Positions 7,872 through 17,984 of a DNA stretch of 64,000 nucleotides are shown in pieces. Every line of letters starts with the position of its first letter. Within the stretch, counting starts at the first letter, position 1. The stretch lies in the NCBI GenBank assembly GCA_051418015.1, contig JBPRGF010000017.1:128001-192000 (forward strand), given 5' to 3'. This DNA is from Candidatus Nitrospinota bacterium M3_3B_026. Its GTDB lineage: Bacteria; Nitrospinota_A; UBA7883; JBPRGF01. Both the position numbers and the translations under genes were made by a program. Under the pieces are notes generated by a model. That model was not told the DNA's origin. It saw nothing but the letters and a program-made list of their open reading frames with translations, and made no database searches.

Positions 7872-10342
7872 GCTTCCATGACGCGATATTCGGCTCCGAT
7901 GGCGGCGCCCGGCGCTCGGACATCGACTGGATGGCGCGCCGTTCGCCTTTCTCGGACTACCTGCCCTGGACGGCCTGGGACCCCGAGACGAGCGTGTACG
8001 TCAACCAGGACGACACCGTGGGGCTGGCCTGGGAGATACAACCGGCGGCGTTCCTTGGGGATAAGGCCCAGAACGCGCTCGAGGGCCTGCTCAAACACGA
8101 CTATCCCGACGACTCGGTCATGCAGCTGATCCTCGTGGCCGACCCGGACATCGGCGGCCACATATCCCGCGCCCGGGCCACGAGGGTACGGGACCTGCCG
8201 CTTGTCCGGCGGTCGACGGAGGAGTTCGAGAAGTTCCTCCTGGCCGGTACCCGCCGGGGCCCGGCCGGCGGCGCGCCGCTTCGCAACTACCGGGCGATCG
8301 TGACCTGGAAGGCCGCGGCGTCCGCCACGACGCCCGGCCAGGTGGAAAACCTGAGGCTGGAGCTGACCCATTCCCTCCAGTCGGCGGGGCTCGACCCGGC
8401 TCCCCTCGCCCCCCAGGGGTTGCTGGAGACCATGCGGCGGCTGCTCAACTCCGGGCCGTGGACGCGCGGGGGGGAATACGACGAGAAAGTTCCCCTTCGC
8501 AAACAGGTGATAAAGGCCGGCGAGCCGGTCCGTATAGGCTGGGACGAGGTCGAGGCCGGCGGCAGGCGCTGGCGGCTGGTGACGCCGAAGATGTTCCCCC
8601 GCCAGGTGAGCCCGATGCAGACGAACGAGCTGTTCGGCGGCTTCGCGGGAGCCTCCGACGACTCGTCGCAGATCGGCGCGCCGTTCGTTTACTGCCTGAC
8701 GGTGGTGTTCAGGAGCCTCAACGCCCGGATACACACCCGGTGCAACCTGATACTCCAGCAGAAGGGCGTCGGTTCTTTCGCCCCGTCGCTTGCCCGCAAG
8801 CAGGAGGAGCACGTCTGGGCCACGGACGCCCTCGACCAGGGCAAACAGTTCCTGCAGGTGTCCCCTATGATGTGGGTGATCGGCGAGACGGGCGAGCAGG
8901 CCCGGGACGCCCAGAAACGGGTCCGCCGCGTATGGGAGGGGAAGGGATACGAGACCCAGGAGGACAAGGGAATCCTGTCGCTGCTGTTCCTGGCCTCGCT
9001 GCCCTTCGGGCTCTACGGCGGCGGGAAGACCCTCGAGGACCTGGAGCGGGATTTCATCACGCCCCACGATTCCGCCTCGGCGATCCTGCCCGTCCAGGGC
9101 GACATCCGCGGGTTCGGAGAGCCGGTGGTGACCTTCTGCGGCCGCAAGGGGCAGGTGGCCGGGCTGGACATGTTCAACCGCCGGGCCGAGAACCACAACG
9201 CTTTCATAACCGCGTCCACGGGCGCGGGCAAATCGTTCCTGCTCAACTACATCGCGTCAAGCCACTACGCCGCCGGGGCCAAGATCAGGATCATCGACAT
9301 CGGCGGCTCGTACAGGAAGATGACGAAGATGTTCGACGCCCGCTACCTCGATTTCTCGGGTTCCGGCGGCGAGTGTCTCAATCCATTCACGATGGTACGC
9401 GACCCCGCCGCCGACCTGCCGGTCACGGCCGCGGTGATCGCGTCGATGGTCTACTCGTCATCGGGGCAGTCCCCCTCGGAGACGGAGTACTCACTGCTAA
9501 AGGACGCCTGCCGCTGGGCGTACACCGAACGGGGGCCGGAGGCCGGCGTCGACGCCGTCCGCGAGTTTCTGAGCTCCTTCCCCAGGCACGCGGAAGAGAA
9601 GGACGCCGAAGCCGCGCCGGCGCTGGCCCCCAGGGCCCATGAGATGGCCTACAACCTGAAGGATTTCTGTTCCGGCGGGGCGTATGGGAAATACTTCAAC
9701 GGCCCGGCCACGTTCGACATCGCGAAGGACGATTTCGTCGTCCTGGAGCTCGAACACGTCAAACCCATTAAAGAGCTGTTCAACGTGGTGACGCTCCAGG
9801 TCATCAACGCCGTCACCCAGGACATGTACCTGTCCGACAGGAGCACGCCGAAACTCGTGATCTTCGACGAGGCCCACATGTTCCTGTCCGAGGGCGAGAG
9901 CGAGATTCTGAAAAAGGTCATAGAGGAAGGCTACCGCCGGGCGCGCAAGTACTACGGGTCATTCACCGTCATCACCCAGTCGATCATGGACCTGGCCGGG
10001 TTCGGCCCGGTGGGGCGCGTCATCCGGTCGAACTCGGCGTTCAGGTTCTACCTGGAGTCGGACGACTACCCCACGGCGGCCCAGGAGGGGTGGATAGACG
10101 CGAGCAGATTCAAGCTCGATCTCCTGCGCGGCGTCAAGTCGCGGAAGGGGGACTACTCGGAGATGTTCATGGAGACGCCGGGGGCGTCCGGCGTCGTCCG
10201 GCTGATCGTCGATCCCTTCTCCTATTACGTCTACACATCCTCCGCGCCCGAGATCGCGGCCGTCGAGCAGCTGGTGGACGAGGGGATGACCTACGAACAG
10301 GCCATAGACGAGCTTCTCCGGCGGAAGGGGGAAAAGAAGTGA
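7868..10342 (+). CDS. traC: TraC (VirB4-like ATPase)
   Basis: Walker A ASTGAGKS, IIDIGGSY, Walker B IFDEAH, YRRARKY.GS...ITQS; GTG overlaps traV stop. Confidence 0.92.
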   Translation: MSFHDAIFGSDGGARRSDIDWMARRSPFSDYLPWTAWDPETSVYVNQDDTVGLAWEIQPAAFLGDKAQNALEGLLKHDYPDDSVMQLILVADPDIGGHISRARATRVRDLPLVRRSTEEFEKFLLAGTRRGPAGGAPLRNYRAIVTWKAAASATTPGQVENLRLELTHSLQSAGLDPAPLAPQGLLETMRRLLNSGPWTRGGEYDEKVPLRKQVIKAGEPVRIGWDEVEAGGRRWRLVTPKMFPRQVSPMQTNELFGGFAGASDDSSQIGAPFVYCLTVVFRSLNARIHTRCNLILQQKGVGSFAPSLARKQEEHVWATDALDQGKQFLQVSPMMWVIGETGEQARDAQKRVRRVWEGKGYETQEDKGILSLLFLASLPFGLYGGGKTLEDLERDFITPHDSASAILPVQGDIRGFGEPVVTFCGRKGQVAGLDMFNRRAENHNAFITASTGAGKSFLLNYIASSHYAAGAKIRIIDIGGSYRKMTKMFDARYLDFSGSGGECLNPFTMVRDPAADLPVTAAVIASMVYSSSGQSPSETEYSLLKDACRWAYTERGPEAGVDAVREFLSSFPRHAEEKDAEAAPALAPRAHEMAYNLKDFCSGGAYGKYFNGPATFDIAKDDFVVLELEHVKPIKELFNVVTLQVINAVTQDMYLSDRSTPKLVIFDEAHMFLSEGESEILKKVIEEGYRRARKYYGSFTVITQSIMDLAGFGPVGRVIRSNSAFRFYLESDDYPTAAQEGWIDASRFKLDLLRGVKSRKGDYSEMFMETPGASGVVRLIVDPFSYYVYTSSAPEIAAVEQLVDEGMTYEQAIDELLRRKGEKK

Positions 10343-10923
10343 GCCGGAAAAAAGACAAGGGCGTGGAGTACCCCCGCAAGGCCGTTCTGGCGGCCATAAG
10401 AAAAAACAGGGAGCTCGTCCAGGGGATTCTCGCCAGGAGGCGGGTCGTGACGACGGAGAAGGGAGTCCTCTCCAGAAACGGAGACAGGGAGCTTTTCGCC
10501 CTGCTGCGGCGGGAGGGAACTGACGGCTGGTGGTACGGGCACGTCCTCCGTGTGTACATGGACAAGGAGCCGCAATGGGCGGCGCTCATCGTCAACGCAA
10601 TGGTGGAGATCGACGCCCCCGACGAAAAGACGCTGTTTGAAAGGGTCCGCTACTGGCTGGAGGGGCAGCTCGAATACCACCCCGTCCGGGCCCAGAGGGA
10701 GGATGATACCTGCGCCTTCCGCCACAGCTTCGAAGAGGCCGTCGAAGCGCTTGTCGAGATGATCCGGCGGTTCCGCATCAATCTCCGCGAACCGGGAGAG
10801 AAAGAGGACCTCGGTTACGAGCCCGAGGGACAGTGCGACTTGCGCCCATGGGCCGTTTACGGGCTGGACTGCAATACAAACGAGGACGGTGTACGCCCCC
10901 CTATTCCCTATTCAGGGAGGTGA
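10339..10923 (+). CDS. Hypothetical protein inserted in tra operon
   Basis: Start and stop overlap traC and the next gene. Confidence 0.6.
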   Translation: MSRKKDKGVEYPRKAVLAAIRKNRELVQGILARRRVVTTEKGVLSRNGDRELFALLRREGTDGWWYGHVLRVYMDKEPQWAALIVNAMVEIDAPDEKTLFERVRYWLEGQLEYHPVRAQREDDTCAFRHSFEEAVEALVEMIRRFRINLREPGEKEDLGYEPEGQCDLRPWAVYGLDCNTNEDGVRPPIPYSGR

Positions 10924-12146
10924 TGAAAAGTATGCACACAAACATATTTCAGACCCTGTCGGCCGCCCTGTTGCTCTGCCTGACGGCGGCGCTTCTCCTT
11001 CCCGCCGCGGTGGCGTCCGCGGCGGACGAGGCCGCCGTCGAAGCGGGCCAGGCCGCGGGCTCCGAAGCCCTGGTGGTATACGGGACGCCCGAAGGGCTGA
11101 AGGACAATCTCGCCGTCCCGTGGGCGTCCGGCGCCATGTTCCCGGAGCCGCCGGAGGGGGAGGAGGAGCCGGGATGCCCGTCGTCGCCGGAGTACATGAC
11201 CGTCGAGATCGGCCCCCCCGGCCCCACGGGCGACCTGGCGGGGCTGGCCGTCCGGCAGGACACGGAGCTTTCAGGCTCCTTCGACCATTACGCCTCCGGC
11301 CCCGGCCGGATATCCGGCGTCTGCGCCGACGGTGTCGTCTCCTGCGCGCCGGGGACATGGGAGGGGTGTTCCTTCCATCGATGGACGGCGGACGCGAAAG
11401 GAAGACTCTCCCTCGCCCGCCTGCCCGAAAACGAACTCAAGGAGTGCTACTGCGTCAACGACGGCTGCGCAGAAGGGTACGCCAGGGAACATCTACTCGA
11501 TATCACCCGGGACATCGCAGGATCGGCGGCGGGCGCCGTCATGGCGGCGGTCCAGGGGTTCGCCCTCGTCGCGGCCCAGGAGTCCCCCGGCCGCTCGACC
11601 TGGTCCGCCCGTGACATGACGGCCGAAGCCTGCGGCGGCGGGGAGGAGGCCGTGGACGTGGAAGAGATGGCCGGCGCCGTGGAGGATTCCGGCTCCGCCG
11701 TGGAGAGCGTCCGGGCGGAGACGGGGGATTTCGGGGACGCCAGGGAGACCGTCACGGCCCTGTACGGGACCGTCCGGACGGAGACCGGTCCCGACTCCTT
11801 CGCCCTCTACTACGAGGACGCCGAAGGCGCGGAACGGAAGACCGCTCTCGACCCCGAGGAGACCTGGGACCCCTTCCCCGAATGTGTCGACGCCTGCCGC
11901 GTGAGGCTGACCGTGGAGGACACCCAGGCCTCGGCGGACGGGCAGACCGCCCGGTACCGGTTCGAGGTCGTGGAGGGCGATTACGCCGTCCTGGCCTGTG
12001 TCGACGGCGTCTGCCCGGCGAAACCGGGCGAGCAGGTCATCGAGCCCTGCTCCTGTCTCGACGCCTCGGATCGGGCGTTCGTCGAGATGGTGAAACTCGA
12101 GGGAGTCGGCAGGTCCATCATCAACTCCAGCGGAGTGAAGAAATGA
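10923..12146 (+). CDS. Cys-rich exported protein, TraN N-terminal-like half
   Basis: Signal peptide; ISGVCADGVVSCAPGTWEGC, CYCVNDGC; coupled to TraN C-domain gene. Confidence 0.6.
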   Translation: MKSMHTNIFQTLSAALLLCLTAALLLPAAVASAADEAAVEAGQAAGSEALVVYGTPEGLKDNLAVPWASGAMFPEPPEGEEEPGCPSSPEYMTVEIGPPGPTGDLAGLAVRQDTELSGSFDHYASGPGRISGVCADGVVSCAPGTWEGCSFHRWTADAKGRLSLARLPENELKECYCVNDGCAEGYAREHLLDITRDIAGSAAGAVMAAVQGFALVAAQESPGRSTWSARDMTAEACGGGEEAVDVEEMAGAVEDSGSAVESVRAETGDFGDARETVTALYGTVRTETGPDSFALYYEDAEGAERKTALDPEETWDPFPECVDACRVRLTVEDTQASADGQTARYRFEVVEGDYAVLACVDGVCPAKPGEQVIEPCSCLDASDRAFVEMVKLEGVGRSIINSSGVKK

Positions 12147-13012
12147 GAATTTTCACGTTTCTGTTAGTCTGCTGTTTTCTCATCGCGTCTATCGCAAGCG
12201 CCGAGCAATACATGTGCGGCGGGGATTTCAACGGCTCCGGGTTCGCCGACGATCCCGGCGAGGTGGCCGCCTGCGCCCAGGCCGGGTACGAGTGTCCGGC
12301 GATCCCCGGCCAGGTCTTCACGGACCCGGCCGAATGCGAAGGCGCCTGCGGCTACCAGTGCAAGCCCGCCTGGCGCTGCCCGTTCGACGATGCCCTCCCC
12401 TGCGTCGATATCGACGACCCGGCCAACGTGATCCTCAAGGAGACCGACATGCGCTACCTGCGCGACGACGGCGGGGGGACGGTCTACGTCCTGAACGGCC
12501 GTCCGGGAAGGTGCCGAAAATCCGGCTACCGCACGGACTACAAGGATTGCTGCGAACGCCCCTACGACAAGGCCGAGGAGGCCGGCAAGTGCGAGTTCCT
12601 GACCGGATCGTTCATGGGAGACGACGAGACCACCGCCCGGCGCAACCTGGGCGAGTGCCACTACCTGGGCGACTACTGCGCCGAACAGTGGCGGGGAATC
12701 GGTTGCGTCCAGCGGGCCGAGTCCTACTGCTGCTTCCTGAGCCTCGGGCTCGGCCGGGTACTCCACGAGGAGGGACGCCCCACGCTTAAAAGCTTCGGGC
12801 CGGACGGGAGCTGGGGCTCGGCGCTGTCCCCCAACTGCCGGGGGTTCACCTCGGACGAGTACCAGTTCCTGGAGACCAAAGAGGTAGACGTCTCCGAGTT
12901 CATCGACAGGTACCTGACGCTGGAGGAGTCCTGGATAGACACGGACGCGATCAAGACGTGGAGCGAGGTCCGGCAGGAGCTCGAGGACGCCGTGAGGAGG
13001 GGCGGGGAATGA
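12143..13012 (+). CDS. traN: Mating-pair stabilisation TraN, C-terminal domain gene
   Basis: CHYLGDYC...CVQRAESYCCF...L.RVLHEEGR...PNCRGFT. Confidence 0.8.
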   Translation: MRIFTFLLVCCFLIASIASAEQYMCGGDFNGSGFADDPGEVAACAQAGYECPAIPGQVFTDPAECEGACGYQCKPAWRCPFDDALPCVDIDDPANVILKETDMRYLRDDGGGTVYVLNGRPGRCRKSGYRTDYKDCCERPYDKAEEAGKCEFLTGSFMGDDETTARRNLGECHYLGDYCAEQWRGIGCVQRAESYCCFLSLGLGRVLHEEGRPTLKSFGPDGSWGSALSPNCRGFTSDEYQFLETKEVDVSEFIDRYLTLEESWIDTDAIKTWSEVRQELEDAVRRGGE

Positions 13013-13629
13013 CGATACCGCCGCTCGCCATCGCCGCCGCGTTTCTCATCGCGGCCGCTCCGGCCGTCCGTGACGCGGGGACCATCGGCGCGGTATACCC
13101 GGTGGCCGAGCCGGACGCGCTGGCCGAGCTGGAAGCGGCGGCCGCCGCCGTGGACTGGAAGACGGTTCTGCGGAAAGCCGTCCGGGAAAGTTTCAAAAAC
13201 TACGTCCCGCCGGATCCGGCGGACCTTCCAAGGGCCCGGACGGGCGACGGGTTCCTGTTCGATCCCGCGTACACGCTCGACCATGACGTCCAGGTGGGCG
13301 AAGGGATGGTCTACCCGGCGGGGTTCTCCTACAACCCCCTCGACTACGTGAGCCTGCCCGGCCGTATCGTCGTCCTGGACGCGGCGGACGGGGAGCAGGT
13401 GGACTGGCTTACGGATTCGGACCTCCTGGAGGACTTTCGAACCACGATTCTCATAACCGGCGGGGACGCGCAAACCCTCGCCGCGAAACTGAAAAGACCC
13501 GTCCACTACATGACCGGCCGGCTGGCGCAGCGGCTCGGGCTGCGGGCGGTCCCCTCGGTGGTGGAGCAGGAGGGGCGCTTTTTCAGAGTGAGGGAGATAG
13601 ATGTCGAACTTGAAAATTCCTCTGATTAG
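13009..13629 (+). CDS. traW: TraW
   Basis: GAVYPVAEPDAL, FDP, YNPL, L.LRAVPSVV.QEG. Confidence 0.85.
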   Translation: MTIPPLAIAAAFLIAAAPAVRDAGTIGAVYPVAEPDALAELEAAAAAVDWKTVLRKAVRESFKNYVPPDPADLPRARTGDGFLFDPAYTLDHDVQVGEGMVYPAGFSYNPLDYVSLPGRIVVLDAADGEQVDWLTDSDLLEDFRTTILITGGDAQTLAAKLKRPVHYMTGRLAQRLGLRAVPSVVEQEGRFFRVREIDVELENSSD

Positions 13630-14641
13630 CCTCGCCATTCTGCTGGCGATCACAGGGCAGGTGTGGGCCGTCTGCGCGGGCAAGCAGATGAACCCGGCCA
13701 CGGACGTCTGCTGGGACTGCGTCTTCCCTGTCAAGATAGGCGGCGTCTACACCTACCCGAACACCTCCGGCGCGCCCGACACGCCCGACGCGGCCAACAA
13801 GTCCACCTGCGTCTGTCCCGCGCCGCCGCCGCAGTACAAAAGGTACGGCATCCCCGTCTCCTACTGGGAGCCTCGGGGGCTGGTGGAGACGGTCAAGGAG
13901 CCCTTCTGCTCGCCCATGCTGGGCGAGAGCATGGCGGGAGTGTGGGCCGCGGGGTCGGCGGACTCCGGCTCCGCCGGATACGAATACGGGTTCGGCCAGG
14001 GCGGCGGGTCCGACCACGCCGCCGGCTCCCAGACGGACATCTACACCTTCGCCCACGTCCACTACTTCAGGTTCCCGGTCTGGTGGGTGATGGGCGTCCT
14101 CACGGATATGACCTGCAAGGAGTCGTCGGGCTTCGACTACGTCTACATCAGCGAGTACGACTACACCTGGAAGAACGACGCCGCGGCGGCCATCGAAAAC
14201 CCCGACGCGAAGCTCTTCGCCAACGTCCTGTCGCAGACCGCCTGTGCCGCCGACAGCATCGCCGTCAACCTCGGCGCGCCGCCGCTGGACCCGCTTTACT
14301 GGTGCATGGGGTCCTGGGGCAGCGCGTTCCCACTGACGGGCCACATCACCGAGGAGGTCGATATCCAGGCCAACGTGGGGCTCGCCGCGCGGCTGAATTT
14401 CTTCCTTTCCCGGATCGGGGAGATCCTCGACTGCGGCGTGTGGGAATGCGCCTGCGTCCACACGCCGGTATGGGTCAAGTCCAACTACAGGTTCCACATA
14501 GCCAAACCGGTGAAGGATTTCATGTGCCATCCCATCGGGCGAAGCTCGATCATGTGGGGTTACGGCAAGAACCCGCCCTACTCTGGAAACAACTTTCTAT
14601 GGGTCACCTTCAGGAAGAGGCTCTGCTGTGTGTCGAACTGA
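13601..14641 (+). CDS. traU: TraU
   Basis: NPATDVCWDCVFP, YWEP, WCMGSWG. Confidence 0.92.
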   Translation: MSNLKIPLISLAILLAITGQVWAVCAGKQMNPATDVCWDCVFPVKIGGVYTYPNTSGAPDTPDAANKSTCVCPAPPPQYKRYGIPVSYWEPRGLVETVKEPFCSPMLGESMAGVWAAGSADSGSAGYEYGFGQGGGSDHAAGSQTDIYTFAHVHYFRFPVWWVMGVLTDMTCKESSGFDYVYISEYDYTWKNDAAAAIENPDAKLFANVLSQTACAADSIAVNLGAPPLDPLYWCMGSWGSAFPLTGHITEEVDIQANVGLAARLNFFLSRIGEILDCGVWECACVHTPVWVKSNYRFHIAKPVKDFMCHPIGRSSIMWGYGKNPPYSGNNFLWVTFRKRLCCVSN

Positions 14642-15377
14642 TTTATTAGCCCTGGCGGCCGTGTTCATTGTCGCGGCGCCCGGCGCCGCCGGGACCAAAG
14701 ATACGCCAACGGGCGCCGCGCGCCGGTCGGCGGAGGTTTTCAGGTCGGAAGACTTCCGGGAGAAGGTGAAGGATATCCAGGAGGAACTAAGACCGATGAT
14801 CTCCGGCATGGAAACCGCCGCGGCTCCGGGGACGGATACAGGGACGGGAAAACCCGCCCGAACACCTCTCCTGCCGCCCTCGGAGCGGATATACCTCTTC
14901 ATATCCTCCTCGATGCCGGTTGAGACCATCCGCGGCTACCTGGCGGATATCGACCGGCTGGGTCCGCCGCCGAACGTCCGGGTGGTCATGCGCGGGTTCA
15001 TCGGCGGGATAAAAAAGATCGGCCCGACGATGGAGTACATGAAAAAGGTCCTGGCCAAAGACCGGGACTGCGATCCATCGGCCGCCGAATGCGAGCTGTT
15101 CAGGACGGGAATCCAGATAGACCCGAAGTTGTTCCGCAGGTACGGAATCGAAAAAGTTCCCGCCGTGGTCCACGCCGCCGGCGTGAAAACGCTCCAGCCC
15201 GGCATGAGCGAGGGGATCCCCGAGGCGGCCCGGGTCTCCTCGGCCTGGATCGTTTACGGCGACGCGGCGCTTCCCGCCCTGCTGGAGGTCATACGCAAAG
15301 AGAGCGGGCGGGCGTCGCTGGAGCCGGTCATCGCCCGGCTGGAGGAGGGTTTCTTTGACGGGAGGACGGAGCCGTGA
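14628..15377 (+). CDS. trbC: F-type TrbC
   Basis: YLFISSSMP, VVMRG, IQIDPKLFRRYGIEKVPA. Confidence 0.85.
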   Translation: MCRTDLLALAAVFIVAAPGAAGTKDTPTGAARRSAEVFRSEDFREKVKDIQEELRPMISGMETAAAPGTDTGTGKPARTPLLPPSERIYLFISSSMPVETIRGYLADIDRLGPPPNVRVVMRGFIGGIKKIGPTMEYMKKVLAKDRDCDPSAAECELFRTGIQIDPKLFRRYGIEKVPAVVHAAGVKTLQPGMSEGIPEAARVSSAWIVYGDAALPALLEVIRKESGRASLEPVIARLEEGFFDGRTEP

Positions 15378-15829
15378 CCTGCTGGAGGACGGGACTGGTC
15401 ATCGCGATAGCGCTCGCCGCCGGCGCGGCGATCCCTGCGCGGATCGGCGTGACCGTCACGCCGTCGCTATATCACAGGATTTACTACGTCCGTCCCAGGG
15501 GGGAGACGGAGATCCCCGCGAAGGGGGACTACGTGACGTTCGCTAAACCTGTCAACGGGAAGAGGGAGCTGGTGACCAAACGGGTGGCCTGCGCCCCCGG
15601 GGACGAGCTTCGGGCGGAGGGAAGGAAATACTACTGCTCGGGCAAGTACCTGGGCGAGGCCAAGAAGTTTTCACTTTCCGGCGCCCCCCTCGAAAACTTC
15701 GTGTTCAACGGAAAGGTCCCGGAAGGGAGGCTGTTCGTGAAAGGCGATCACAGGGACAGCTGGGACTCGCGTTATTTCGGATTCGTGGAGGTGGACGATG
15801 TCGAGGCCATACAGTACCCGATTTTCTGA
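15374..15829 (+). CDS. trhF: S26 conjugative signal peptidase (TrhF type)
   Basis: TPSL, KRVACAPGD, GDHRDSWDSRYFG. Confidence 0.85.
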   Translation: MTCWRTGLVIAIALAAGAAIPARIGVTVTPSLYHRIYYVRPRGETEIPAKGDYVTFAKPVNGKRELVTKRVACAPGDELRAEGRKYYCSGKYLGEAKKFSLSGAPLENFVFNGKVPEGRLFVKGDHRDSWDSRYFGFVEVDDVEAIQYPIF

Positions 15830-16397
15830 AGGACTGACCGGGCCGGAAACCGCGGCGGCCATGGAGGTAGCCGCCTGGCTGGGCGAACAGGGGTTCACGC
15901 TGCATTTCGCCAACATGATCCTGAAACAGGCACGTCATTCCCTGTCGGGTTTCCTGTTCGACGCCAGCGCCCGGGCGATGGATACCACGGAGCAACAGTC
16001 GCCGGAAGAGTCGAACCATGCGCATTCTTTTTTGGGGCAACCGTCTCCGAAACCCGTCTCTTCCCCGGTTTTAAACTTGTCCAATTTGGCGTCCTGCAAG
16101 TCACGGAAGAGGTCCTCGCGGGCCCATCTGCCCGACCTGAAAAGAGGACAAATAGGCATAATTCCCCTCCTTCAGAAGGAACGGTCGTCCAGGGACGAAA
16201 AGGATTATGACCGGTATTATACACGGTTCATCGGGGCCGCGATCGACGGGATCATCGAGTATCTGGTGGGGTCGGGGATAGACCGGTTCGACGCTATCGG
16301 GAGGACCCTCGACGCCGCGCTGGACCTCGTCGAAAGAGCCAGGCTGGCCGGTCGCCCTCCGCTCATCGAAGAAGAGGAGAAAAAAGATGATAGCTGA
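15798..16397 (+). CDS. Hypothetical protein (start uncertain)
   Basis: Fills the trhF-traF gap; stop overlaps traF start. Confidence 0.4.
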   Translation: MSRPYSTRFSEGLTGPETAAAMEVAAWLGEQGFTLHFANMILKQARHSLSGFLFDASARAMDTTEQQSPEESNHAHSFLGQPSPKPVSSPVLNLSNLASCKSRKRSSRAHLPDLKRGQIGIIPLLQKERSSRDEKDYDRYYTRFIGAAIDGIIEYLVGSGIDRFDAIGRTLDAALDLVERARLAGRPPLIEEEEKKDDS

Positions 16398-17184
16398 CGT
16401 CCGGGGCGGACTTCTCCTGATCGCGGCGGCTATCCTCCTTCTCGCCGCGCCCGTGTCCGCGCAGGAAACGGCCCCGGCCTGCTCGCGCTGCGGCTGGTTC
16501 TGGTACGCGGATCCCGTGGAGGACGGAAAGGAGGAGGCCGCCCCGGACGAAACCCCTTCCCCCGCCGAGCTTTGGGAGACGGACCCGGCCAGGTTCCGGG
16601 AGCTGCTCGACGAGGCGCGGGCAGAGGCGGTCAGGACGCTTTCCGAGGAGGACGTACACCGTTATTTCGAGATGCAGCAGATCGCCTCGGACAAGGCCGC
16701 GGCGTTCGCCGCCGTGTCGAAGGTCGTCTCGATGAAACACCCGGAGCTTTCCGGCGGGAATTCGTATCCCATCGCCCACGGCGGCCGCCGGGCGATGCTC
16801 ATCGCCCGGACCGCCGAGAAACGGGACGTCATCCTCTCGGCCAGAGAGGATTTCGCGCTGGTCTACTTCCGGTCGGACAGATGCGGGTTCTGCGCCGCGC
16901 AGGACCCGGTCATCAAACGCCTCGCGGACAGGTACGGCCTGACCGTCCGCGCCGTGGATTCGGACGCCGAGCCGGCCGCGGCGGCCCGGTTCGGCGTGGA
17001 TACCGTCCCGGCGATCCTGCTCGTCGGCCGGGAGACGGGCGGACATCTTTATCTGGCCAACGGCGTGGTCTCCCTGGACGAGCTGGAGACCTCCCTTTTC
17101 CGGGGAATACGGCTCCTGCGCGGCGACGTCGAGCCTGAAAGGTTCCACACCTGGGACTACGAGCGCGGCGGAGAAGCGCGGTGA
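16387..17184 (+). CDS. traF: TraF (thioredoxin-like)
   Basis: GWFWY, CGFC, GV..VPA, G.VSLDEL. Confidence 0.88.
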   Translation: MIADVRGGLLLIAAAILLLAAPVSAQETAPACSRCGWFWYADPVEDGKEEAAPDETPSPAELWETDPARFRELLDEARAEAVRTLSEEDVHRYFEMQQIASDKAAAFAAVSKVVSMKHPELSGGNSYPIAHGGRRAMLIARTAEKRDVILSAREDFALVYFRSDRCGFCAAQDPVIKRLADRYGLTVRAVDSDAEPAAAARFGVDTVPAILLVGRETGGHLYLANGVVSLDELETSLFRGIRLLRGDVEPERFHTWDYERGGEAR

Positions 17185-17984
17185 AGGAAGGGGAAGTGGT
17201 GTTTCACACCAACGACATCAGGATACCGCTGGCGCTGTCCTGCGTCCCCGACAGGGAGCTCTCGTTTAACTGGGGGATCAGGATACGGCTCGAGGACCCG
17301 TCTGGTTACAGCGTGCGCATCGCGAACGAGATTCTACGGTTCGGGTTTCGAAAAAATCTCCTGAAAGAAAGAGAGCGTATCCTTCGCCTCGTCGAGGCGG
17401 TACGCGAGTATGTAAACGGCGATCCCGGCGAGGAGCGCCACGCCGGGTACGACGTTCCGGTAGTACAGGCCGTTGGCCAGGAGAGCGCTGTTGAAACGTG
17501 GGTAGGCTGTCTGGCAATGCGGGCAGAGAGAGACGAATTTCCTGAGGGTGTGGTTTTCGCCGCAAAAACGGCAGGTCTTCCTGAAAAATGCCATGGCTCG
17601 ATCGGTTATACCACGGTTCTGGACTTGTCCGTGATCGAGGAAGGCGTCCGCCCCCTCGTTCTCGCCCTCAACGGAGCCGGGACGATCAGGACCACCTACA
17701 GCTGCCAGGGGCATTATACCAGGCATCCCAGGTCGCCGTTCGTGAGGTTCCTCGCGCCGCGGCCGGCGGACGTGTTCGCGTTGCGCGAGGCGGTGTCCGA
17801 AACGAAGACGCGATACCGCTGGGCCGTCCAGGGACGGCCCTGGTGCGGCGGAGTCCATTGGGAGCTGACGACCTCCGTGAAAAGGTCGCCGTGGAGCTCG
17901 GCGAGGCTGCGGCGTGACATATCCGATCTGAGCTGGGCGATATTCGGCCGGTTCATGACGCGCATGGAGGAAGACCGGCGATGA
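17181..17984 (+). CDS. Hypothetical protein with TYW3-like (T..SC.GH) C-terminal domain
   Basis: IEEGVRPLVLALN...IRTTYSCQGH; coupled on both sides. Confidence 0.5.
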   Translation: MKEGEVVFHTNDIRIPLALSCVPDRELSFNWGIRIRLEDPSGYSVRIANEILRFGFRKNLLKERERILRLVEAVREYVNGDPGEERHAGYDVPVVQAVGQESAVETWVGCLAMRAERDEFPEGVVFAAKTAGLPEKCHGSIGYTTVLDLSVIEEGVRPLVLALNGAGTIRTTYSCQGHYTRHPRSPFVRFLAPRPADVFALREAVSETKTRYRWAVQGRPWCGGVHWELTTSVKRSPWSSARLRRDISDLSWAIFGRFMTRMEEDRR

